Below are positions 1 to 8,958 of a stretch of 64,000 nt of DNA, piece after piece. Under the pieces are notes generated by a model. The model did no database searches, was not told where the DNA came from, and saw nothing but the letters and a program-made list of their open reading frames with translations. Made by a program: the position numbers and the translations under genes. Where the stretch lies: contig DAHXLB010000032.1 of NCBI GenBank assembly GCA_027371855.1, forward strand, positions 10,844-74,843, given 5' to 3'. Position 1 is the stretch's first letter. Each line of letters opens with the position of its first letter. Source of the stretch: a bacterium. Its GTDB lineage: Bacteria; Patescibacteriota; Dojkabacteria; JAKAPS01; JAJZLI01.

Positions 1-1047
1 TGTTATCTTCTTTAAAAAAGGGTTCCTTTCTAAAAACCTAGTATATTGATTAACTTCTGGGTCCTTTGAAAAAAATCCAAGGCCCATGAGTAACCCAACA
101 TCTCTTCCCATAACCCAAGTTTTTGGAAGAGAAAATATTTTTCTCTTATTCCTTTTTTTATCATCATTAAGGATGTATTGGAGAAAATATCTTGCATGAA
201 AACTCCCATCGTTAACAATGGGCGTAACCCTTGCTCTTCCATTATTATCCTCTAGTATGTCTACTGCAGTTGTTTTTTCAAGAATCCTTGAATATACATC
301 TTGCGCTATATTCTCAGGATATTGATATCTTCTAATAATTGCTTTTATAGCAGCCTCTTTTGATAATCCCCTTACAAGAGAGTATGCTTCTTCTAGACTT
401 ACCGTTTCCCATACATTTAATCTTTTTCTTGTTTTTAATTGAGGATTATCTCCTTCTCTTCTTCTTAATGCCACGAAAGAAAGATTGACTCTTCTAACCT
501 CAAGCTTTTCATCTAAAGCGGGCATATAACCTTGGGTTCTATATGTATAAAGTTGTCTTTCAATAACATCAATATATTTCTTATTTTGAAACCTTTCTAT
601 CATCAATTTAACTGTGGCTATATCCCCTACCGTTCCAGCATATGGGCCCATTTGTGAAGGAAGGAAATATTGAGCTATTGACAGAGCCAAGGATTTGGCA
701 AGAAGCCTAGCTTCTCTATCTTTGTACTTTCTCTTATAGGATTTAGACTCAGTAATAGAGAACCTTTTGTATAGATTTTCTTCTACTGCTACATTTACAT
801 ATCTTCTATATTGGCCTTCTAGAACTTTATCTCTAAAGGTAAATTTTCTTTTTTTATCTAAAACTTCTCCAACTAATCCACTAGGCAGTCCATTTAAATC
901 ACAGTTTCTTTGGTCTACAAAATCTTGAATATATCTACTAAGATCAATTCTGGCCACGGATAGATCTCTGTTTAGGTCCTCTTCTGTGTATATAAGGTCA
1001 CAATAGGACCGATATAGAGCATTTTTTAATTCTTGTATTTTATCCAT
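1..1047 (-). CDS. hypothetical protein, 3' end truncated by window start. It is absent from the ORF track because there is no in-window stop.
   Basis: Manual minus-strand translation from the ATG at 1047 (MDKIQELKNALYRSYCDLIYTEEDL...) stays open to position 1, giving more than 349 aa. No recognisable motif and no TM segment. It is co-directional with and immediately downstream of the 1050..1727 and 1733..3325 genes, so an operon is likely. Confidence 0.5.
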   Translation of the reverse strand, partial: MDKIQELKNALYRSYCDLIYTEEDLNRDLSVARIDLSRYIQDFVDQRNCDLNGLPSGLVGEVLDKKRKFTFRDKVLEGQYRRYVNVAVEENLYKRFSITESKSYKRKYKDREARLLAKSLALSIAQYFLPSQMGPYAGTVGDIATVKLMIERFQNKKYIDVIERQLYTYRTQGYMPALDEKLEVRRVNLSFVALRRREGDNPQLKTRKRLNVWETVSLEEAYSLVRGLSKEAAIKAIIRRYQYPENIAQDVYSRILEKTTAVDILEDNNGRARVTPIVNDGSFHARYFLQYILNDDKKRNKRKIFSLPKTWVMGRDVGLLMGLGFFSKDPEVNQYTRFLERNPFLKKIT

Positions 1048-1049
1048 AA

Positions 1050-1727
1050 CTAAAGTTGTACATTTAAGTCTAAATTAAAATCAAAAATGTCTTCATATTT
1101 TGATATACTAGAAATCACCAGATCTTTATCAGAGAGCCTCAGAATTCCTACAGACAAAATGCTCCAAAGTTTTTTTATAAAAAGATTTTCATCTGCATTA
1201 TTAAGATAAGCAAAAGATCCTCCATATTCCAAAAATTTTCGTATGATAAAAAAAGTCTTTGTTTCCTTTAAATACTTAATTTTCACAATATCTTCATCGT
1301 GATCAATAAAATAAAAGTAGTTTGGATCAAGAATATGTGGGGAGAAAGACAAGTCTTCATAATTTTCCTCCCCTATCAAAGCATCATTTTTTATTGAGAC
1401 CTCCTCTCCTTTTTCATTCTTTAGTCCTTCATAAAAAAGGAAATCTCTCCCTTTTTGAGAAGAAAAAAACTCTATAAAATCTTTGTCTATGACCCTATAA
1501 AGAAATTTCAGGTCTGGAATAACAGGCGTTTTTAATAACTCATACAAAGAGGAATATAAGTAATCATAAAGGGGCAGAGTTCTGTCATCGCAATATTCGT
1601 CAAAAATTTTAATATCCAGAGTCAAAAAATTATCTACATCACTACTATAAGAGAATTTTCTTATAAACTCCTCATACAATGAAAAATCGTCCTTATATTT
1701 GTCATAGTAAAATTGTCTTAAATCCAT
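1050..1727 (-). CDS. hypothetical acidic, Tyr/Phe-rich protein
   Basis: 225-aa ORF with no TM segment and no recognisable catalytic motif. There is a 2-bp gap to the downstream ORF and a 5-bp gap to the upstream VirB6-like gene, suggesting co-transcription. Confidence 0.45.
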   Translation of the reverse strand: MDLRQFYYDKYKDDFSLYEEFIRKFSYSSDVDNFLTLDIKIFDEYCDDRTLPLYDYLYSSLYELLKTPVIPDLKFLYRVIDKDFIEFFSSQKGRDFLFYEGLKNEKGEEVSIKNDALIGEENYEDLSFSPHILDPNYFYFIDHDEDIVKIKYLKETKTFFIIRKFLEYGGSFAYLNNADENLFIKKLWSILSVGILRLSDKDLVISSISKYEDIFDFNLDLNVQL

Positions 1728-1732
1728 ATGTT

Positions 1733-3325
1733 TTATCTTGCCAGCCCAGTAAGATTCCTTGCTCCTCTTCTAAGGCTAGCCCAAGGTCCAGCAACATTCT
1801 TTTTAAGTTCTGTTCCATAATCTCCAAAATCCCTTGATATAGCATTTTGCACATCACTAACAAGTTTTGGTATCAAAACAAAAAGTCCTACTGCTATAAA
1901 TGCCGCAATTACTGAGGTGGATCCGGCGCTAGAGATGCTTTGAAATCCTATTAAGGGAAGAGCGTTGCCGTTTCCAAAAGATATAGGGAGTCCTCCGTTA
2001 CCATACTCTAGATAATACATTATCAGGAAAATCACATACACTACGACAAATGCCATAATAGCCTTAAACATTCCTATGAAAAACTTCCAATAAAATTTGC
2101 CCTGACCAGGAAATGCCCCAAATAAGAACATAAACGGTGCCGCAACAGGAAGAAAAATAAGAATAATGTAAGAAGCTAACAGTTTCATAAAAATCTTTAT
2201 AGCGGTAAAAAGTAAGATAATGGCAATAATAAAGGCAATTATGGAAGAAAATGGTCCTTTCAGAAGATGTCCAAGCATACTAAGCAAGGTTCCATAAATC
2301 CCTGGGTGAGAGCTTGATATTGGTCCAAGTACTGTGTTGGCACCCTTTAGTGCCGATTGTAAATTTCCTTGTATGGTACCAAAAACATTAAAAATATACA
2401 TGTTGCTAGAGAAGGCTGACGAGAAGCTTTTCCCTCCCAAGTTTGGTCCTAAATAATTAAATGTAAAGAATACAAAAGAAAGTAATATATTCATGAGGTC
2501 TATCATAAATCCCGCCAAGGCATAAGAAAATTCAATCAGTATTACTGCTGCAACAATATTAGGCAATGCAGACATAAATGTAATAGGTATTTGCCCTCCA
2601 ATTTTTCCACCTATTATTATCATAATTCCTGTCATTATTATTATTAGAATAAGAAGGAAATATGCCACATTTCTAGTTAATGCCCACAAGGGTTCAATGG
2701 GAGAAAGAAAGGAAAATCCATAAATTGGCCCTCCAGAATTTGATGTTGTTGCTGCATAGGTATTATTTATAAATCCAGCCTTCTCTCCTAAATATGCAAA
2801 ATATCCAACCCCCGATTCTGGCCTTGCTGCATACATACTTCCCATAAGTGATGCCATAGTCCCCATTGCTCCATATCCTCCAGTATATTTAAAATTCTGG
2901 GCTGTAGTATTTGAATATTGAGTATAGTTCCCAAGTATTGCTATAGCGCCAGATTGAAAAATGGAAGGAGTAAACCCACAAGAATTCCAAGTTGAAAGAC
3001 CAGACCCATTAACTGGAGCACACTGACTTAAGGTTGAGGTAGAAGAAGGAATGGTTTGCGCAAAAACATACCCTCCAGATAATACTCCAAAAACCAAAAG
3101 TAAGGCAAAAATATTTTTTATATTTATTGAACTTTTTTGTTTTAGGTTTGCATTTGTAGTTCTCTCCACAAGGTCAACCAAATCTCTTTTATACGAAAAA
3201 ATGTGTCTTAAAAAAATTCTTACCTTCAACAATAAAATTTGCGTCTTTAATTTTTTTTCTTTGAAAGGTAATACTGTGTGTCTTTCTATAAAATGCATAT
3301 TTAAAAAAATATAGTATATAAACAT
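1733..3325 (-). CDS. polytopic membrane protein, VirB6/TrbL-like candidate, with signal peptide and Cys-containing ectodomain
   Basis: A signal-peptide-like segment (IFALLLVFGVLSGGYVFAQ) is followed by an extracellular Gly/Ser/Thr-rich domain of about 130 aa with two Cys, then at least six hydrophobic helices. The helices include the stretch FLPVAAPFMFLFGAFP...FKAIMAFVVVYVIFLI, whose pattern parallels the VirB6-like gene at 57248..58168. The first ~55 aa of the annotated ORF (MFIYYIFLNMHFIERH...) are probably not translated. An in-frame GTG near 3163 would give a conventional signal peptide. Confidence 0.5.
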   Translation of the reverse strand: MFIYYIFLNMHFIERHTVLPFKEKKLKTQILLLKVRIFLRHIFSYKRDLVDLVERTTNANLKQKSSINIKNIFALLLVFGVLSGGYVFAQTIPSSTSTLSQCAPVNGSGLSTWNSCGFTPSIFQSGAIAILGNYTQYSNTTAQNFKYTGGYGAMGTMASLMGSMYAARPESGVGYFAYLGEKAGFINNTYAATTSNSGGPIYGFSFLSPIEPLWALTRNVAYFLLILIIIMTGIMIIIGGKIGGQIPITFMSALPNIVAAVILIEFSYALAGFMIDLMNILLSFVFFTFNYLGPNLGGKSFSSAFSSNMYIFNVFGTIQGNLQSALKGANTVLGPISSSHPGIYGTLLSMLGHLLKGPFSSIIAFIIAIILLFTAIKIFMKLLASYIILIFLPVAAPFMFLFGAFPGQGKFYWKFFIGMFKAIMAFVVVYVIFLIMYYLEYGNGGLPISFGNGNALPLIGFQSISSAGSTSVIAAFIAVGLFVLIPKLVSDVQNAISRDFGDYGTELKKNVAGPWASLRRGARNLTGLAR

Positions 3326-3367
3326 ATTATCTTATCACATCCCTATATTTTTACAATAAAAAAGACT

Positions 3368-4072
3368 CTATATTAAATCTGGCCTATTTTTATGTGTTTT
3401 TTCAATACTTTTTTTCCTCCTCCATTCTTTTATTTTTTCATGATTTCCGGACAACAATACTTTTGGAACGCTAAAACCATTAAACTCTTCTGGTCTTGTA
3501 TATTGGGGATGCTCTAATAAGCTCCTTCCCCTTTCAACTCCTTCAAGAAAAGACCTAGGTCCAAAAGATTCCTCTTTTAAAGACTCATTGTTTCCCAAAA
3601 CGTTTGGTAGGAGTCTTGATATTGAATCAATAATAACTAGGGCTGCTGGTTCCCCACCAGAGAGAACAAAGTCCCCTATTGAAAGCTCTATGTTCGTGTA
3701 ATTTACAATTCTCTCATCAAAACCTTCGTATCTTGAGCATATAATTGTAATTTCTTTTAGATTTGCTAAAAATTCTGCCACACTTTGAGTATACTTCTCT
3801 CCGGAGGCAGACAGCATTACAGAATAACTATCGGGGCTAGATGTTTTTTTTGTTGACTCCAAAGCCTTATACAAAACATCCGCTCTTAATATCATGCCCG
3901 CTCCCCCTCCATAAGGGGAATCATCTACTGATCCTCGTTTGTCATATGCAAAATCTCTTAGATTTATAATATTTAAAGAGAAAGCCTTTATATCTAAAGC
4001 TTTTTTTATAGCACCAAAAAGGATATTTGATCTAAAATACTCAGGATAGAGGGTAATTATATTAATTTTCAT
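3368..4072 (-). CDS. trmD: tRNA (guanine37-N1)-methyltransferase
   Basis: MKINIITLYPEYF...SVDDSPYGGGAGMIL is the canonical TrmD SPOUT-fold N-terminus with its AdoMet-binding glycine loop. 234 aa. Confidence 0.9.
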   Translation of the reverse strand: MKINIITLYPEYFRSNILFGAIKKALDIKAFSLNIINLRDFAYDKRGSVDDSPYGGGAGMILRADVLYKALESTKKTSSPDSYSVMLSASGEKYTQSVAEFLANLKEITIICSRYEGFDERIVNYTNIELSIGDFVLSGGEPAALVIIDSISRLLPNVLGNNESLKEESFGPRSFLEGVERGRSLLEHPQYTRPEEFNGFSVPKVLLSGNHEKIKEWRRKKSIEKTHKNRPDLI

Positions 4073-4079
4073 TAATTTT

Positions 4080-4418
4080 TTATAAAAGAGAATCTATCTG
4101 ATTTGAAAAATCAGTTTTAGGTCTGACACCTATTAGCCTTGCAACTTCTTTTCCACCTTTAAAAAATAACACAGCAGGGATACTCATAATCTCATATTTT
4201 GCTGCAATATCAGGATTTTCGTCAGTATTAAGTTTACCAACCTTTATCTTGTCCTTGTAATCCTCTCCAATCTCTTCGATTACAGGAGATAACATATGGC
4301 AAGGCATACACCAGTCTGCCCAGAAATCTACTATATAAAGCATCTCTGACTTTAAAACTTCTTGGTCAAAATTTGAGGATGTTATTTCTTGGTGAGCCAT
4401 AACATTAATAATTAACAA
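4080..4418 (-). CDS. trxA: thioredoxin with non-canonical CMPC active site
   Basis: 112 aa with WADWCMPCHMLSP at the position of the canonical WCGPC. It is thioredoxin fold and length. Confidence 0.85.
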   Translation of the reverse strand: MLIINVMAHQEITSSNFDQEVLKSEMLYIVDFWADWCMPCHMLSPVIEEIGEDYKDKIKVGKLNTDENPDIAAKYEIMSIPAVLFFKGGKEVARLIGVRPKTDFSNQIDSLL

Positions 4419-4498
4419 ATATTAGTACTCTGAGTATACCACCAACCTTTGGGGACGACAACATAAAAATATTCGTCGTCGCCCCACAACATTACCTA

Positions 4499-5095
4499 TT
4501 AGTTATAACTCCATACTACTGGATAACCTTTAGCATCAACAGTTACGCCTTGTTGCATTCCTGTTGCGAAAACAACAAATCTTGTTCCTGTTGAATTTTC
4601 TGCCATATAGATGTTACCTGAAGGGAAAGAACTTAGATATTGTGAAAGTTCATTACCAACGGCAGATCCTTGTGTTAATAGTATACAAGACGAGGATACT
4701 GTAACTGTAGCTGAAGGTACTGTTCCTGTCCCTGTAACACAATTAGGAACTCCAATTGAAGATCCTGTTAGTGAATATCCGTAAGCTGCAGCCGTGTTTA
4801 TCAATGGAGATGTAAGCTGTGTCAAACCACCTGGGTATTGACCTTGGTGATCGTTAGTATACATCAAAATTGCATGTGCAACTTGCTGAACATCTGTCTG
4901 CCTAGTAGAGTTATTTGCATCTGCAATTCTCCCTACTGGGTTAATTGCTACAAACACAACAAGTGCAAGTATTGCAATAATAACTATAACTATTAATATT
5001 TCAATCAAAGTGAAACCTTTGGAGCTGGCTCCTTTAGATCTAGATAAAGCTTTTGCTTCTTTGGGGCTAGCCCCTTTAAAATTAGTTTTTATCAT
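4499..5095 (-). CDS. pilA: type IV (major) pilin, prepilin with 27-aa leader
   Basis: The class III signal is ...SSKG|FTLIEILIVIVIIAILALVVFVAINP, with Gly at -1, Phe at +1 and Glu at +5, followed by a hydrophobic alpha1 helix and a C-terminal Cys pair. Confidence 0.8.
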   Translation of the reverse strand: MIKTNFKGASPKEAKALSRSKGASSKGFTLIEILIVIVIIAILALVVFVAINPVGRIADANNSTRQTDVQQVAHAILMYTNDHQGQYPGGLTQLTSPLINTAAAYGYSLTGSSIGVPNCVTGTGTVPSATVTVSSSCILLTQGSAVGNELSQYLSSFPSGNIYMAENSTGTRFVVFATGMQQGVTVDAKGYPVVWSYN

Positions 5096-5109
5096 AATTC
5101 TCTTTCACC

Positions 5110-5175
5110 CCCTTTATCTGACTTATTATCAATTTATATTAGTATAAAATTTTTGTCAATCGTGATTGTCAAGCG
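5110..5175 (-). promoter_or_regulatory. putative sigma70-type promoter and SD for the downstream pilin. The -35 hexamer lies inside a tandem 14-bp direct repeat.
   Basis: The minus strand reads TTGACAATCACGATTGACAAAAATTTTATACTAATATAAATTGATAA...AAAGGGGGTGAAAGAGAATTATG. Two TTGACA hexamers fall within the tandem TTGTCAAKCGTGAT repeats at 5152-5179 (+ strand). An A/T-rich -10 candidate (TATAAA/TAAATT) follows, and a GGGGGTG SD lies 8 nt before the ATG. Confidence 0.45.
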
Positions 5176-5197
5176 TGATTATAAACCCGAAACCTTT

Positions 5198-5770
5198 TTA
5201 CCTGAATGCGTACAGCATATATGAAACTCCGTACCCCTTTGTGTCTGTTGTGATTCCTTGTTTTAGTCCCACAGCAAAAACAACAATATTGCTACCACTG
5301 CTATCTTGTCCCACATAATAAGGGCCTCCAGATGGAGCAGATGATAGATATGCTTGGATTTCGTTATATAATAAACTGCCTGAGGATACCTGAGCGCAGG
5401 TTCCAGCCGATGCTCCAGCCTGAACACAGTCAGGCAACCCTGGATTTCCATTTTCTATGTTATAGCCGGATCCTATGCCAGAACTCGAAACATTTGTCGT
5501 TATTAGAGGGGGAGGTAAAACTGGAATAGAAAGAGGAATTGTTCCATTGTGATCAATTGTATATATCTCTAAGGCGTGAACTATAGCTTTTACATTTTTC
5601 AAGCTTGTGGTGTTTTGGGAATCACTTATTCTACCTGCAGGGTTTATAGCAATAAACACAACAAGTGCAAGTATTGCAATAATAACTATAACTATTAATA
5701 TTTCAATCAAAGTGAAACCAGAATATCCACTAGTGTATTTTTTTAAATACTTAGTACTTTTCATTTGCAT
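5198..5770 (-). CDS. type IV pilin paralogue with 18-aa leader
   Basis: Carries YSG|FTLIEILIVIVIIAILALVVFIAINP. 66 nt (5654-5719) are identical to 4952-5017 of the neighbouring pilin gene. The C-terminal domains have diverged. Confidence 0.8.
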   Translation of the reverse strand: MQMKSTKYLKKYTSGYSGFTLIEILIVIVIIAILALVVFIAINPAGRISDSQNTTSLKNVKAIVHALEIYTIDHNGTIPLSIPVLPPPLITTNVSSSGIGSGYNIENGNPGLPDCVQAGASAGTCAQVSSGSLLYNEIQAYLSSAPSGGPYYVGQDSSGSNIVVFAVGLKQGITTDTKGYGVSYMLYAFR

Positions 5771-5879
5771 ATAATTAATAATACATTAACATTGTTTTTT
5801 TTAAAATACCAAAGGCTTATTATTTTTATAGATTAAAATATCACTATAAAACTAGGGGTTTATTTAGTTGCTTGAAAAG

Positions 5880-5888
5880 TTATCCACA
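5880..5888 (+). promoter_or_regulatory. perfect consensus DnaA box (TTATCCACA) upstream of dnaA
   Basis: AAAGTTATCCACAATTTG lies about 100 bp upstream of the dnaA start. It is an exact match to the E. coli R-box consensus. Confidence 0.55.
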
Positions 5889-5984
5889 ATTTGATACCCT
5901 TACATGTTACCGGCCCCTTAAAGGATTACCGTCCTTGAATTTTATTTTTTATGCCTAATATACTTAGACTTTTTATTTTTAACT

Positions 5985-7415
5985 ATGCATAAAAATTTAG
6001 AGAAGATTCAAGATTCAAATTCAAAAGACCACAAAAATGGCTTAAATTCAAAAGATTCACTTCCTGGAGTTTGGAAGGTTGCTGTTTCTCAAATAAGATT
6101 AAATATCTCTGAAAAAAATTATCATATTTGGTTTTCAAAAACAAAACTACTTCAAATAAAAGACGGTATAGCAAAAATATCTTGCCCAAATTCTTTTACT
6201 TTAGATTATATTAATCTAAATTATCTAAACATTACAAGAAAGGTCTTATCTGAGGCTTATGGGAGCCCGGTGGATATAACATTGTTTGTAAAAAAGAGTG
6301 ACTTTGTTGAAAACACACCTTTGTTTAATTCAATGAACGAACAAACATCAAAAGAAGTTTTGAAAAAAAATCTTGATGCAGAGAAAAATTCTTCTTTAAT
6401 AAAGGCCGGTCTAAACCCTAAATATTCACTAGAAAATTTTATTGTGGGCTCGTCTAATAGGCTTGCACATGCTGCTGCATGCGCGATTATAGATAAACCA
6501 GGAGAAATATATAATCCATTTTTTGTATTTGGAGGAGTAGGCCTTGGAAAAACACATCTTATGCAGGCAATAGGAAATTCTATACTAGAAAAGAATCCTG
6601 ACTATAAGGTTGCTTACGTAAGCAGCGAAACATTTCTAAATGAACTTATTAATTCTATAAAAAAAGGTAAATCTGAAAACTTCAGAAAACAATATAGAGA
6701 AAATGATGTCCTTATAATTGACGATATTCAGTTTATATCTGGAAGAAAAGGGACTCAGGAGGAATTTTTCCACACCTTCAATACACTTCATCAGGCAAAC
6801 AAACAAATTATTTTAGCGTCTGATAGACATCCGCGGGATATAGAAAATTTAGAAGAAAGACTTGTATCTAGATTTGAAGGAGGGATGGTGGCAGATATTT
6901 CTCTTCCAGATGAAGAAACAAGGGTAGCAATTTTAAGAAAAAAATGCGAAGAACGTAATATAAAAATAAATGATGAGGTATTATCAATGATTGCAATTAG
7001 TATTGAGTCTAATATAAGGGAATTAGAGGGTGTTTTAACAAAGGTAATTGCTCTACAAACTTCACTAAATAAAGAGTTGACTCCAGAAGATATATCAAAA
7101 TATATAGGAATATCTAGAAAAAAAAGACAGAAAAGGTTGAGACCAAAAGATGTTATAGATTCTATTTGTGAAAAATATGAAGTTTCAAGAAAAGATATAT
7201 TTGGAGAAAGAAGAACTGTAAAAGTTGTACTCCCCAGACAAATTGCTATGTATATTCTACGTACAGATTTAAATCTTTCACTTGTAGAAGTTGCATCAAT
7301 ACTCAAAAGAAAAGACCACACAACAATAATGCACGGTGTGGATAAGATTGAGAATTTAATAGATATAGATTTACAAATTAAGGACCAAATAGCAGAGATA
7401 AGACATCAATTATAG
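5985..7415 (+). CDS. dnaA: chromosomal replication initiator protein DnaA
   Basis: Walker A GVGLGKTHLMQAIGN and an AAA+ domain III are present. The C-terminal domain IV helix-turn-helix reads VLPRQIAMYILRTDLNLSLVEVASILKRKDHTTIMH. Synteny is dnaA-dnaN. Confidence 0.95.
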   Translation: MHKNLEKIQDSNSKDHKNGLNSKDSLPGVWKVAVSQIRLNISEKNYHIWFSKTKLLQIKDGIAKISCPNSFTLDYINLNYLNITRKVLSEAYGSPVDITLFVKKSDFVENTPLFNSMNEQTSKEVLKKNLDAEKNSSLIKAGLNPKYSLENFIVGSSNRLAHAAACAIIDKPGEIYNPFFVFGGVGLGKTHLMQAIGNSILEKNPDYKVAYVSSETFLNELINSIKKGKSENFRKQYRENDVLIIDDIQFISGRKGTQEEFFHTFNTLHQANKQIILASDRHPRDIENLEERLVSRFEGGMVADISLPDEETRVAILRKKCEERNIKINDEVLSMIAISIESNIRELEGVLTKVIALQTSLNKELTPEDISKYIGISRKKRQKRLRPKDVIDSICEKYEVSRKDIFGERRTVKVVLPRQIAMYILRTDLNLSLVEVASILKRKDHTTIMHGVDKIENLIDIDLQIKDQIAEIRHQL

Positions 7416-7764
7416 CTCTTTTAAAGAATGTTTTTTATATGTGTATATTATGAATATTGTGTGTGTACAATATGTTCATAATTATTAAATTTTGTGTGTA
7501 TTTTAGAAAAACGATAATTTAACAGTACACAAAGAATAAACATTTTATGTTAATTATACACATAAATAACTATTGGTTTTTATTGTGGTATGTATAAAAA
7601 ATATGAGTGTTTTTGCAATTTATAAGATAATTTTATATTATAAACAGGAAATACACCAAGATTTAATTAGATAGAATATGTGTTTTATTAATTATATCTA
7701 ACTTATAAACAATACCTAATAAGACTACTAAATTTATATATTATTAAAAGAAGAAGATAGGTCT
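7416..7764. other. candidate oriC: AT-rich dnaA-dnaN intergenic region with DnaA-box-like motifs
   Basis: The 349-bp spacer is very A+T-rich. It contains TTATACACA (7553-7561, which fits TTWTNCACA) and several TGTGTRTA and TGTGGTATG variants on both strands. A perfect box also lies upstream of dnaA at 5880. Confidence 0.6.
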
Positions 7765-8943
7765 ATGGAAATAAACGTAGTTCGTGAAAATTTATTAGAA
7801 TCTTTAAATTTTACAAGCAAGGTTCAAAACGTGAGATCTAGTATTCCAATACTATCTAATGTTCTTCTAAAAACAGAAGAAGGAAAAATTAAAATTTGTG
7901 CAACTGATATGGAGCAAACAATCGTCTCATATTGTGGAGTTGAAATTATAAAAGAAGGCTCTATTACAGTTAATTTAAAGAATTTATATGATTTTCTATC
8001 AAATCTTAAATCTGAGGCTATAAATATAAAGGTTGAAGATTTCAAACTTGTAATTTCAGATTTGAAGAATGAGATTTCTCTAAATACTATACCTTCAGAT
8101 GAGTTTCCTGAGTTTAAGGATAAAAAGAATGACTATTTTATAAAAATAAATGCACTAGATTTTTCAAATGCTGCTGACAAAGTAACATTTGCTTCATCAA
8201 CAGATCCAACTAAAACAATACTAAATGGTATCTTGTTTGAGACAGGTATATCATTAAAAGATGTAGACTCAAAATCTTTAGGTAAAGAAAAAAAAGATTC
8301 TTTAAAATTAATTGGAATAAATGGTTTTAGGTTTGCAAGTTATAAAATATCAGGGGTTGAGGTAAAAAAGGAAACTGATAGAGATATTATAATCCCAACA
8401 ACCTCTGTTGACAGTATTTCTAAAATAATAAAAGAACTTAATGTAGATGAAGAAACATATATATACATCTCTGAGACTGAGAATAAAAACCAGTTAATAT
8501 TTGAGATATTGAATGTAAAATTTATATCTAGAATTATTGATGGAAAATATCCAGATTATAAAAAAATATTTCCAGAATCTTTTGACAATAAATTTACTAT
8601 TAATTTTGAAGAATTTAAAGACGTAGTTAAACTTTCTAATATTTTTAAATTCAAAGACATATCAAGGATATACTTAGATTTTAATCCTTCTAAAGATGAA
8701 ATAAAAATATATTCTTCGCTTGCCGAGGTTGGTGAGAGTGTAAGTTTTATAAGTACTAAAATAAAAGGAGAAAAGGGTGTTATTTGTTTTAATTCTAAAT
8801 ACCTTATGGATTTTTTAAACCATGTTGAGGGTAATGAACTTCAAATACAAACAAATAACCCTCAAAAGAAGAAAGTCTCTCAATTTGAAGATACCTCAGA
8901 CCCTAATTTTACATACCTTATGACCCCACTCCAAGAGAGATAG
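7765..8943 (+). CDS. dnaN: DNA polymerase III beta subunit (sliding clamp)
   Basis: 392 aa. MEINVVRENLLESLNFTSKVQ...IPILSNVLL matches the DnaN domain I start. It has three-domain length and sits immediately after dnaA and oriC. Confidence 0.9.
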   Translation: MEINVVRENLLESLNFTSKVQNVRSSIPILSNVLLKTEEGKIKICATDMEQTIVSYCGVEIIKEGSITVNLKNLYDFLSNLKSEAINIKVEDFKLVISDLKNEISLNTIPSDEFPEFKDKKNDYFIKINALDFSNAADKVTFASSTDPTKTILNGILFETGISLKDVDSKSLGKEKKDSLKLIGINGFRFASYKISGVEVKKETDRDIIIPTTSVDSISKIIKELNVDEETYIYISETENKNQLIFEILNVKFISRIIDGKYPDYKKIFPESFDNKFTINFEEFKDVVKLSNIFKFKDISRIYLDFNPSKDEIKIYSSLAEVGESVSFISTKIKGEKGVICFNSKYLMDFLNHVEGNELQIQTNNPQKKKVSQFEDTSDPNFTYLMTPLQER

Positions 8944-8958
8944 TATTAATCTGGGATT

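Noticed and set aside
3051-3314. 87-aa plus-strand ORF inside the VirB6-like gene region
   Set aside because: Antisense shadow within the 5' part of 1733..3325. It has no RBS or motif and is rich in F/K/I codons arising from AT-rich sequence.
4440-4498. Candidate tRNA or small RNA in the trx-pilin intergenic region (GGGGACGAC...GTCGTCGCCCC hairpin)
   Set aside because: It is a simple hairpin with no cloverleaf, anticodon-loop or T-loop features, and only ~33 nt long. It is more likely a transcript-end stem-loop, although it lacks a U-tract, so even the terminator call is weak.
5263-5529. ORFs 5263..5451(-) and 5332..5529(+) inside the pilin gene
   Set aside because: They are alternative-frame or antisense ORFs nested in a gene with a clear prepilin signature. 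No support.
6791-7321. 176-aa antisense ORF inside dnaA
   Set aside because: Fully contained in the dnaA coding region on the opposite strand. dnaA is unambiguous.
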